Assembly: GCA_032718475.1 (NCBI GenBank)
Contig: JAUCBJ010006988.1
Coordinates: forward strand, 124,001-188,000
Source of the DNA: Nemertoderma westbladi
Lineage: Eukaryota > Animalia > Xenacoelomorpha
Direction: 5' to 3'
Length of the DNA stretch: 64,000 bases
Below the pieces are notes generated by a model. That model was not told the origin of the DNA. It saw nothing but the letters and a program-made list of their open reading frames with translations, and made no database searches. The position numbers were made by a program, and so were the translations under genes. Positions 26,531 through 38,654 of the stretch are shown in pieces (the first letter of the stretch is position 1; each line of letters starts with the position of its first letter).

Positions 26531-27991
26531 AGAGTTTATGCGATTATTCGCAACATTCATATCCCCAAGTTTATTCCTACAGTAATTGTGCTTGTTGTAC
26601 ATACCGTTATAGTTAAATTAACCCCGGTACTACATCAGGGCTGCTTGGCGTAGGTAAAGACTGGTGATTTTGTGCCCCGGTCACTCCAGCAGATACCGTG
26701 GTTCTTTTAGCTGTACAAGTATTTCTAACTGCTGATTATTTGTTGTATAAGTACTTGTACCTAATTTAGGGTTTAGTGTACAGTGCTTTCCGAAAGTAAT
26801 TAGTGTGTAGGCAATATATTTGTGTTGTAAAGTGGTTAATAGGCACGTTGGTTCTGGTAGACCGCGGTAATTAACTTCTAGGTAGGAACACTCCGTGATA
26901 CATAACGTAGTACTTATAGCGATACGGCTATAAGTCGTCAGACGGTAGTATTTTTCCTATCTGGACAATGCAGTATATTTACTACTGCTTTGTTATTTTC
27001 AAATACCATAGTACCCTGTCCGTTGTAATAACCAGATATTCTAACCCTTTGTTAGGCTGGTTTGTAGACTTCTTGTAAAATTACCCTAAAAATTCGTACG
27101 TGTAATTTTTGTGTTTATTTAGAGATTGTAATCTTACCCCGAATTGTACATAATTTGTAGTATTAAGTAACTTAGGTAAATTAGAATTATTTGTTTTAGT
27201 GTCCAACAAGTAGCACTTCACTGAGAGCGTACAGCTTCTGTGCAGTGACTCCTTCCCAGAAATAATAACATTTATTTCAAATATTGACAAAAACCCATTA
27301 AACGGGTATATATATATTATAAATCAACTCAAACCGATTTATAAAATAGTAGGCCTGTTATACATCAATTAGGTCTTAATATCAGTTGGACCACTGCTTA
27401 AATAACGGTAATCAAGTAAAGTAAAGTAACAAAGTAACCCCAAATATTCAGAAATTCAATTATTCTAAAATAATTGACATACCGGTATTTACAATAAGCT
27501 TATTATATTTATTTCTATAAATTTAGGCTGAAATTATACCGGTATTCTGTAATTAATTCTAGTCTGTAATAACACTTATATATATACTATAAGTGTAAGC
27601 TGTATACCGGTATTCACGATAGGCCTATTATATTTCTATATATATTTGTGCTGAAATTATATACCGGTATTCTGTGACAAACCTAGTTTGTAATAATACT
27701 TATATATATACAATAAGTGTAAGCTGTATACCGGTATTCACGATAGGCCTATTATATATTTATATATATTTGTGCTGAAATTACATACCGGTATTCTGTG
27801 ACAAACCTAGTCTGTAATAATACTTATATATACACTATAAGTGTATACCGGTATTCTAATATATTGTATATATATCACGTTACATAGAGTAACAGTATCG
27901 GTAATTAATTACTAGGCTAACAGTTGATACTGAATTACTAGACTTGCTTTAACTGTAATATAGCAGTAGGCAAGCAACTGTGCAAACAAAC

Positions 27992-30900
27992 ATGTCTGAC
28001 ACAAAGCAAAACCTGTCAGACAGTCTCCTAGATACAACCATCTGTGACCCAGACAGGAGTGTGGAACGTGTGAGACCGAAGTTCAACTCACCTCCTACTG
28101 TAAGAAAGATCATCCCTCCAGTAGTAGTCAGACCCTAGGCTAGTCCAACACCGTAGGTCTATCATAGGCACTCGAGCTCAGGTCAAGCGGGACCAAGAAG
28201 CAGCGGAACAGCAGCAACACTCGAGCCGAGAACTTATTTCTCAGCGGCCCGACCGCTCCAGTAGTGCGGATACTGTAGAGCTGACACCCGAGTGCGGAGC
28301 AAAGATGGCAGATGCGGTTTATTCGGATCCCCTTCTCATCCTTCCTGCAGCCGTACTCACTAGGGTATTGATTGCGGTGGAGGAACACCAGATTGATTGG
28401 GCGAGAAGTAAGTGATCGACCAAGGATAGTTATGCGGGATACACAAGGGAAGAACTGAAGTCTATTGTCGAGTCGCAATGGAACTTCCCCGGACCCGGAC
28501 TCCCGTTTGACTTATCGGAGGCTGCCTGGGAAGACATACACAGGATGGGAGTGACAAAGGAAACCAGCGATCCAGCTGTGTGGAAGAGGTCTGCAGCAGG
28601 ATACGTACAGGGATTCTTCAGCTCTATGGAGCGATTAGAGGAACAACTGTTTAGACAACCCCAAGGACCTCAAGAGCAGGGAGAGCTGCTTTATCAAGTT
28701 AGAGAAAGAATTCTAAGAATCAGACTAATCTTATCGGCCTTTGAGGAAGCTTCAAAAAGAAGACAAGACACGTCGTTGCAAGTTGCCGTAAAGACTTGGT
28801 TTCAACGGGTGAGTCTCCAGGTTCAAGGAACTGCCCAGTGGAAATCTCAGCTGGCTGAGCGCTCAACCCATGGAGAATCAACAGACGCTACATTTTCCCA
28901 AGTGGAAAGTGAAGCGACGGCAGAGAAACCGCATAATAGGGATGCTATTGACATCTATCTGTCAGACTATCAACGCTTTGTAGGTGATGAAGAGTTGAGG
29001 AGGAGGCTAGATGGACTTAGCCCTAATAGTGAAGGAGCCAAGCTTGTGTTGGACGCAATAGATGCGGATATGATAGCTGCGAACCAAGCTAAATTTGATG
29101 AACGCCTCCGCATCGCTAGAGTCCAAGAAGAACAAGTAAAGAAAAACGTATAGAAGACAGAAAGACAACAGCAGCGGCAATGGCAGCGGGAGAAGCGGAA
29201 AGAAAGGCGGCAGAGGCAACGGCAGAGGCAAAAGCGGCAGCTGCAGCAATAAAAGCGGCAGCGGCAGAAGCAAAAGTGGCAGCGGCAGAGGCAAAAGCGG
29301 CAGCGGCAGAAGCGGAAAGAAAGCGAGCAGTAGCAGAAGCAGAACGAAGAGCATCTGAAGAGACCACCCAACTCGAGTTGGAAAATATTCAAGAGAATCA
29401 AGACTGCATAAATAAACAGTTAACAGCTAGTCAAATGCAGATGATGAGTCGATCTACTCCTAAAAGACAAGGATATACATCATCTGATGAAGGCGATACT
29501 ACAGATCTTGAAGGCGGAGGAAATAGATCTCGTCTAAGTAGGCGTAGAAGAATGTCCCACCGTCAGAAATTGCCTGATTTGCCCCCAGCTGTTAGAAAGC
29601 AACTAACTAACCCAGACTTAGGTAGTACAGAACCCACAGACCAAATAATTAAAATAGAAAGACTCCCTACTATAGTAGATGAGCCTGAAATAATTAGGCC
29701 TGTTCTCGACGCCACCCCTTCGGTGATAGAGACACCTGTACTCCCAGAACCTACCTCTAAATTCCCTCTGCACAGCACTAAGCTACCTGTGCCCCACAGA
29801 ACCACCCCTGAAAATGTTCATGTCCTGGACTCCGAGCGAAATATTAATGATTTGTCGCCCGTTGTCCCTCGTCCGCCCGCTACAACGTTGGCGGCTCCCG
29901 CTTCGGCGGTCGAGTGGGTGGATGAGAGACGGCGGGGGATGGATCTCCTGCTCGGGCAGATGCAGGAGACTGTTCAGCAGTTCAAGGGCACAGTAAGGGA
30001 AAGTAGGTTAGAGTTGCAAGAAGTGCAGCAAAGTATCGCGTTAGAACGCGATAAATTAGTAAATACCCAAAGAGGTATACCACCACCCCCGGTAACAATG
30101 TGTCAACCTGTTAGGTCTGAAGTATCTCATGCGCAAGGTGTGGAGCCTACACGCATCTATACTGCTAGTGAAGTGGAAACTCCTATAGTAAACCCTATTA
30201 AGGGTAATTATAAACCTGTTGACAATTATATTCCATATAGACCTGATCATAATCCGAGAAATTTATATACAGATAACTCAATATTAAATAACACGATGGC
30301 CCAAGAAAGTTTTACGCGTCAAATGGCTAGAACCGAAGCCCGTCAAGCGGTAAAGGTGGGAGAGATCGTCAAGTTCAATGGAGATGAGATGAAATGGTTA
30401 CCTTTTAATGAATATTACAAAGATAACATACAGAACTCTGTGCTATCTAACGGAGAGAAACTTAGATTCCTCATCGAGTGCTTGGAAGGATCTCCCAAGT
30501 TAATGGCGTTAAAGTTTATTGGACATCCAGATGGATTAAGACAAGTTTGGGATACACTAAACATCAGGTATGATAATAGGAATAACATAGCTAAATATTT
30601 GTATGCAAAATTGGTAGCGCCCCGAAAGTTCATTAGCAGCGGGATTATAGAGTTTTCCGATGAGATTCAAGAGATCTGTAGACAATTAGATTGGCTAGGT
30701 AAGTCTCATGAATATCAGAGTTCTATGGTTATTGGAGCCGTGGCCTCTACTTTACCGAAGGGTGGAGTAGGTACACGCTGGGATAAGAAAGTGTTATATA
30801 TGATGGAACAACAATGACGAGACCCTACCATGGCTGATCTCATGTCATTCTTAGATGGAGAAGTGAAATTACAGCTCCTAAAGCAGTCCAGAGAGAAGAC

Positions 30901-33900
30901 ACCGGAAAACAAGGTAAGTGAGAAACCCGTTTCTAGGAGAAAGGTAATACCAGTGTGTTATACCGACGACGGCGAAAGCCAGGCTTCTCAAGAAGAAGAC
31001 AGCGGGAAAGACACTGAAAGATCTTATTATGTCAATAAAACTCCTAAAGAGGTAAGTAAATTCAAGTCTCGAACCAATGACAGGAGAGAACAGGTAAGAA
31101 AAACTCCTCCTACGTCTCCTAAGAGAATTCAGGTAAGAAAGCCCGAAGAAAGAACGAGTGTGCACAACGTTACTCAAAATAAGGTAAGTAATATCAAACC
31201 GAAATGTGCGCTGTATGACGGGACCCACCGTTTGAATATGTGTGATGAATTCCTAAAGAAATCATTAAAGGATAGATGGGAAGTCATGTGGGATAAGCGG
31301 TTGTGTTATAATTGCCTCAGACAAGGACACCAACGGCGAACCTGTTACTCCGACGCAAGGTGTGCGAAGTGCGGCGCAAAACCATTACAAGTCTATGCGG
31401 GAAGAACTAGAGTAGGTTGGTACTTTACTGGCCCTTCACGTAGAACTCTAATGGAAAGATTACCAAAAGAACGGGTATATCAATTAAGTGAATGGGAAGT
31501 GGAGAGCAGTGAAGTTGACGACCCAACTGAGGGAACACCATACTCCTCAGATAATGACGATATCCACCAGCTCTTCGACGAGGAGAATACCATTGATATC
31601 CTTACGGAAAACGAGACTTGGCAAAACCAAGTGAATCTATGTCAAGTCATTAGTCAATCAGGACGAGTCGACTATAATGACGAACTGAATGACGTAATCG
31701 AGAGATATAACGCGAAAACTCGAGATGAACACGCCGTACGATTCTTTACTCAAGAGGCTGTAGAGCCCAATTCCTACGATAAGGCCCTATCGGTAGAAGA
31801 AGAAAGAGCCAAGCAGATCCAGGAGACAACGACACGTTTTCTTAAAGATCAAGGTAGATATGAAATCGGTCTCCCATTCCGAAAGCGAGAACCAAAATTC
31901 ATAAATAACCGACCCTTGGCGGAGAAAAGAATTGCTCAACTACATCGACGCCTTACGGCAAATGCTTCAGCTAAAGAAATGTATCAGACTCAGTTGAAGA
32001 AATTTATTAATAAGGGATATGCGGAGCGAGTACCAGAAGGAACACCCTTAACTGAAAGAACGTACTATTTAACACATCATTACATTCCCAAACCCAGTAA
32101 ACCTCATGAGGTACGAGTAGTATTCGACGGCTCCGCCCTCTACATGGGCCAATCCCTTAATTCCGAGTTGTTACCAGGACCCAACTTACTCCAATCCTTG
32201 TTGGGAATACTCTTAAGATTACGACAATATTCAATCGCTTTCGCCTCCGATATAGAAGGCATGTTCTTACAAGTCAAGGCGCTGGACAGGGATCGAGACA
32301 GCCTACGATTTCTGTGGTGGCCTGAAGGAGACCTCAGCCAGAAACCGGTGGAGTATTGGATGACCATCCAGGCTTTTGGGATCATCTCAAGCCCTTCAAA
32401 CGCCTGCTCAGTGGTGCGCACCACTGCTGATGACAACCGGGACGCCTTCTCAAAAGAGGTGATCGACAACATCAAACGGGATATATACATGGACGACAAT
32501 TTAAAGTCCCTTCCATCTGTGGAAGAAGCCATTGATGTCGCCAAAGGAACGGTAGAGTGCTTAAAAAGAGGTGGATTTCGATTAACTAAATTCACCAGCA
32601 ACTCCCGTGAATTTCTGGAATCGATCCCGGTAGAAGATCGAGGAGCGAAAGACCTAGACCTAATCAAAGATGATCTTCCAGAAACCAAGACACTTGGTTT
32701 GAAATGGGACACTGAGAGAGATATCCTGTTTTTCCAGCTAAAACAGCGAGATAATCCAGTTCGGACTAAACGGATTTGTTTAAGTATCCTGAGCACTTAT
32801 TTCGATCCATTGGGATTTATTAGCCCAGTTATATTGATTGCTCGGAGTTTAGTACAACAAATGTGGCTTGAAAACCACTCATGGGACGATCCATTTAAGG
32901 GGGAACTATTAAAGAAGTGGATGAAATGGGAAGATTCTCTACCAGCCATTTTGGTCATGTTCTCCCTACGTATTCCTATCAACTCCATGTGTTTGAAGAC
33001 GCCAGCGATATGGGAATAGGTATAGTAGCCTACCTAAGAGTGGAAACTCCGGATGGAATCAAAGTCGCCTTGGTTACCTCTAAGGCATTGATAAACAACA
33101 AGTTGAAAGTTCCTCGAGCGGAGTTAAAAGCGGCTCTATACGCTACAGCCATCGGCCGGAATGTAACAGAACAGATCGAATATCCACTGGAGAAAACTGT
33201 CTATTGGACCAATGCTTTACTCGTGTTGGAGTATATAACCAATGAAGTCTGTCAGTTCAGCGTCTTCGTTACCAACAGAGTAGCCATTATACTTAGTCGC
33301 ACGAAGATGGATCAATGGAGACATTGCCCCGGAATGATTAATCCAGCAGACATCGCCTCCAGGGGAGCAACTCCACAAGAACTGATAGATACTCCAGACT
33401 GGTTAGGTGGACCCAACTTCCTAAGCAAAGAAGAGGATGAATGGCCTCCTCATCTTACTACGGCAGAGATTAGACAGGCCAAGGGAGCGGAGAAAGTCAA
33501 ACCTAAAACTCAGGCGAGTAAATCGAAGTTATTTAAACCCGTGGTAGATCTGTCTGTACTACACACTTCCGGAGACGACGCTTTGGATCTGAAACCCACA
33601 GCCACAAATAAGTCTGTTGTGGAAATCAGAGAGAAGGATTGGAAATCTGGAATACCAGACGTCTCGCAAGGACTCTCACCTCTCCTGCAGAGAGCGATAT
33701 ATCACTACAGTTCCTGGAACCGGCTCTGTAAGGCCGTTACATATTTAAAACGATGTTTTCATCATCATTACTCCAGGGTGAAGACCAATAGTGATACCGC
33801 TCCACTGGCATCTGTGCAGGTCCATGTTGTTAAAGATCTTCCCAAATATAAGATATCCGACAGGTTTCTGAAGGAGAAGATCAGTTATAAGGAGCATGAA

Positions 33901-35343
33901 GAAACCAACAAGCAGATGCTGAGACTCCTGCAATGCTATGAGGATTCCGATAAGTATTTCCTGTTGTTGAGAAATCCACAGATGCGCTTAAGGGATCGTT
34001 TCTCTAGCACAATGATAGATGGGTTAATACGTGTTGCAGGAAGATTAACTAATGCTCAATTATCCTTTGACACCAAGTTTCCCATACTCATTAGAAATCT
34101 TGAAATACAAATCAAGATGATTGTAGATGTTCACAGCAAACTTTATCATGCTGGTAGAGAACGAGTTCTTAGCGAAATTCGAACTCGCTATTATTTTTAT
34201 AAACCCCGTAGAGCTCTGAACCAAGTTCTTAGGAACTGCATACCCTGTAGGAAAGCATTCAGTAGGCCTTTAACACAGCGAGAGGCAGAATTACCTAGGG
34301 AACGAGTAAGCTTCTATGAACCACCCTTTACTAATACCGGTGTAGATTTATTTGGCCCTATTGAAGTATATCGTGCTAGGACTATAGTCAAGAGATGGTG
34401 TGTCATCTTTGTTTGTATGACTTGTACAGCTATCCATCTCGATATGGTGAACGATTTATCTACTAACAGCTTCCTATTGAGCTTACGACGACAGATCGCT
34501 CGCTTTGGAACGAGTAACACGATGAGGTCTGATAAGGGAACGAACTTCATTGGTGCCAACAATGAAATCAAGGCTTACGTCAAAGATTGGAACCAAAGAC
34601 AGGTGGATGATCAGCTAAGGGTAACAGCGTCTAGCTGGACCTTCAACGCCGCCAACGCCCCTTGGTGGGGAGGAAGTTGGGAGAGATTAATCAGGAGCGT
34701 GAAGACCGCATTTCACTTTATAGTGCCGTGCCGCGCGTATCTCACCGACGAACTTTTGCGGACTTTAATGGAGGAAATCGCCGCCTATCTCAACGAGAGA
34801 CCGCTTATGCCAGTCTCGTCGAGTCCCGATTCCCTGGAAGCGCTAACACCCGTGCACTTCCTACTGAAGAAACCTGTAGCCATGCTCCCACGATCGGAAA
34901 TCACAGACGGAGACGAATACTGCCGACAAACTTGGCAACTTATGCAGTTGTTATCCCGTCGTTTCGCTGACCATTTCGAAAAACATTATCTGCCCACGCT
35001 ACAACTTCGAACTAAGTGGTTTGCGCAGCAAGAAAACGTCAGCGCTGGAGACATGGTCCTTATTGTGGATTCAGATCTTCCACGTAAGCGGTGGCAGACA
35101 GGTTGTATCATCGAGACTCACATCTCGGATGATGGTTTGGTGCGATCGGTAGAACTCGTCGTCATGCGACGTAACTTCAAGAAACCGGGCATTGTCTTCG
35201 AGACACAGCAACTCAATCGCCCAGTTGGTCGTTTATGTTTACTGGAAAGAGACAGAGAACTCTCCGGAAACTATGGAAGGCAAGATACTCTTCCCACGAC
35301 CACCTCCCTAGTCCAACAAACATCTAGGGACTCCCCAACTTAA
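27992..35343 (+). pseudogene. BEL/Pao gag-pol of copy B (stops/frameshifts; protease deleted)
   Basis: Same motifs as copy A: YMDD, DASD, GVDLFGP, SDKGTNF, APWWGGSWERLI. The junction CAKCGAK|PLQVYAG at about 31380 lacks the DSG protease. Confidence 0.95.
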
Positions 35344-37217
35344 CGACGGCTGGAGTGGGTGTGTGACTATATTATTTTATATTTTTATTATTTTATATTT
35401 ATGCATGTATTATTATGTAATTTTATTATAATCATTTTCTTTAATTTTATTTAGTAGAATGTTATTTTAGCGATTATTTAGTAGATTAGTGCAATATATA
35501 TTCGCGTTTATTACTTAATTACTTATATATTATATATTTAGTGCGACGGCGAGAAATAATTATTTTTCTCTTTCCTTACTGTCCGTATTACATTACAAAT
35601 ACGTGACTACAGTAAGATGAAATATCCGTACTTATTAAAGTACAATAAAGCTCCTACTATATTCAAGTATTATTGGTAAAGTAGAGTATTAGGAATGCAA
35701 AATTCAGATCCTCGTGTCTCGGCTAAACCAAGCTTTGGGTAGACCTTGGAAACGACTTGCCTCTTCTCACTGACATTGCTTCGTGCGATATTGCTCTCAT
35801 ACCGTATATTAAATAATACATATAGTAGCGTGATGTCCCTTTAACAGTAGCGTACAACGCAAATAAATCTGTTAAACCCTTTGACCATCTGTAATTCTAG
35901 TCGATTAAGATATCGCGGCACCCACCGATATACTTGAAAGACAAATTTCTAGAATCAGTGGTTAATGTCCCCAGACAAGTTCTGGAATAAACTGGTGCCC
36001 ATCTTAAATATTAATTATTAATATTTATAAACTCTGTCAAATTTCAGATCCTTTAAAATTCTAGTCAATTAAGATATCGTAGCACTTACCGATACTCTTA
36101 AAAGGACAAATTTCCTAGAATCAAGGATCCCAGTCCCCAGACATGCTCTGGAATAAAATTGTGTCTATTTAATATTAAATAATAAAATTTACGGGAATAA
36201 ATTTAAATTCATATCTTTTAATGAATTTGATAAATTGTCATTTTTATGCAATTTAAAACATTCCCAAAATTCCATTAATTAATAGATCATGGGAGCGGAG
36301 ATTCACTCTATTAAGTGTATTAGTGTGCGAGAATCTCCAATATATAGTCAATAGCCGATAAAATTCATAAATCATGTATAAAGGGGATATTGACAATTAA
36401 AGAATTACTATTAAATAGCATCCCAGATCTGTATGCATGAGAATTACCCTAATTCTACCGCTAGCTTTCCATAATGTCACCATAGCAACAACCATGCTAG
36501 AATTAGAAGTGAGTTAAAAGAACAATAGAAAGCTTGACCCATTGAATAGCATAGGGAATAAATAGCACACTGCTAGTATCCAAGGATACATAATAATAAC
36601 GTGGCATTCTGGAAGGCACTTGACTAACGGACAAATGGCCCGAATGTGTACAATTTGTGACAGTTATGTGGAATTTGTGCGTTTATAGATGAATGTTACT
36701 ACTAAAGTGTGTTTACAGTAGCGAGTCGCAATTGTGAAAGTAACCCTAACTCTGCAGCAAGAACCTGAAGTAAATCAAAGCCTTTGGGACGGACAGTGGA
36801 GTGACTTGTGCCGGTTATCGTTGTCGTTGTGTAGCTACTACGTTGGCGAAAGCACAGCGACGACGGTACATCGGCGCTGAGGATCTTGCACTTTCCGGGG
36901 GCAGAGAGGGGTAGGCAGCGATTTTTTCTAATTTTTCCCGCCAGAAAACACATTGGCAATTATTTTCGGAAAATTGTTATTTTCGTAGGTTTCGAAATAT
37001 GGGCTACAAGATAGGATATGTTTCAAACCACTAAAACAAACTCAATTTTCTAGTATTGTGGCTACCCCTGATTCCCGTTTACTGCTTTGGTTATGGCAAT
37101 GTAACTAGCTCCTTTTCCATAATTGGTTGATTCTAGACAGTTACTTGTGGATGTAATTCCTAACTGCGTAATCCTTCAAACCGCGTTCGATATGAAATCA
37201 GCCAACAATAATACTTA

Positions 37218-37450
37218 GGCGGGGTAGCTCAATTGGTTCTCATTGAGCGCTGGGCCTGCAATCTAATGGTTGTAGGTTCAGCCCCGCCGGGGTCCACTCA
37301 GCCTTTCATCAACTGGGGTCGATAAAATCAGTACCATTTAAATTACTGGGAGCAAATCATGGTCGATAGCAGTAGCGCCCACCCCTACCCTCGGGTAGCA
37401 GCTATCGAAAGAGGAGCCTTAGGGTAGCCTCCGGCCGACTGTTTGCTTTT
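37218..37450 (+). mobile_element. tRNA-derived SINE
   Basis: tRNA-like head with A-box (tagctcaattgg) and B-box-like ggttcagccc. It is followed by gtccactcagcctttcatc..ggggtcgataaaatcagtacc, a central motif typical of widespread metazoan SINEs. Confidence 0.7.
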
Positions 37451-37787
37451 AAAGATTTTGGTATCAAAATTAAATTTTGTGAAACTTTAATATTGTTATA
37501 GTGAGTCAAGAAATAGACGTGCCATTAAAATTTCATATTGTAGTAAAGGAATTTGACAAACATTTAATAAATTTAATGATTGTAAATAAATCTTAGAACA
37601 GAACAGTTAATTAAGCAATAACATAGTAACATCATTATTACTTTCATTGCACATTATCATAAAATAATTATTACGTATTGATAGGCCTAATACAGTATAC
37701 TAATACAATATTAAACTTTCCATGCGCGTCTATAAGAAAAAAATAAAATATATTTAGTTTAAGTACAGTTTCAGTTCTGTCAGTCAA

Positions 37788-38095
37788 TGTACCACCCCAG
37801 TCTGTGTACCACCCCGTCGGTGCACCACCCCAGATGGTCTACCACACAAGTTTTTGTATCACACCGAACACCAGTGTTTCGGTACACACCGGAATACTAG
37901 TACACTAGTAGTTGTACCAACCAGTCACACCATTGGTTGTACAGCATCAAGAAACCGGTAGCTGTGTTCCACACCAGTTTCTGTACCAAAGCCGCCATTG
38001 TACAACATCAGTAACTGTACGGGAATTGGTACCAGGCGTTGTACCACACCAATAGTTGAACCAAAACCAAACCAATATTAGTACCAAATATACCA
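37788..38095. repeat. Degenerate about 17-bp tandem repeat (tgtaccacaccagt-like)
   Basis: Repeated tgtacca/acaccag motifs, highly diverged. Confidence 0.5.
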
Positions 38096-38194
38096 GTATA
38101 AATGTCAAAAGGGCTGCAACTTGTAAATAGTAATTATAGGTGTCGACCTATCCTTATTTCGCCACGGGGTGTGGGAATTTTCAGGAACATTTTC

Positions 38195-38490
38195 TCTGAC
38201 ACTTGAACGGAACCGCCTCCGCTTTGCAGAACATTGCTTTTGCCGCGAGGATCAGCTCACGGACCAGACCAGATAATCTTGTGTTTTGGCGGCCTCATGG
38301 AATGAATAAGCAAAGCGGACGGCTCTCCTGGCCTTGAAGATGCGGATGATCTTGCAAATGTCATAGGAGTTGTGGCGGCGTAATTTTGTCGACAAGGCGG
38401 CATAGCATTCTTAATATATATATAAATATGCAATATATATAATGCAGCTGCAATGCAGCATGCCGATAGCCGTACTAGTCTTAGTAGTAG
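38195..38490 (+). mobile_element. 5'-truncated RTE LINE 3' end (same family as 52784-53897)
   Basis: ttgaagatgcgg.tgatct.gcaaatgtcat..ggagttgtggcggcg.aattttgtcgacaag...gcatgccgat...tagtagtag matches the reverse complement of about 52790-53075. Confidence 0.8.
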
Positions 38491-38654
38491 GCACATTTTA
38501 CAATATCAGATAGTGTCGTAGTTTTTGTTAATTTCAGTGTTTCATGATTTCCTAAAGTAACACTGAAACCTGTTCTAATTGTCTTTAGATTAGATTTAGA
38601 TATTAATATTAAGCAGGCGCAAAACTTGGGATATGAGTAGCTTGGTCACAGTCT

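Larger units (their letters stand above)
24119..36921 (+). mobile_element. BEL/Pao LTR retrotransposon, copy B (divergent subfamily; no 3' LTR)
   Basis: Starts TGTAAAAGCTTTTGCGGA, exactly as copy C does at 54576. gag-pol spans 27992-35343. The 3' non-coding region matches copy A 4225-2554 and homology ends at 36921. Confidence 0.92.

Noticed and set aside
28970-29401. Cys/Arg-rich and Leu/Pro-rich minus-strand ORFs
   Set aside because: Antisense shadows of the Ala-rich gag repeat. The same applies to the other short ORFs antisense to gag-pol and LINE ORF2.
36897-36921. Purine-rich tract as the PPT marking the start of a 3' LTR
   Set aside because: Neither B nor A (about 2554-2580) continues with the LTR start TGTAAAAGC.
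37218-37290. Functional tRNA gene
   Set aside because: The cloverleaf is imperfect and it runs straight into a SINE body.
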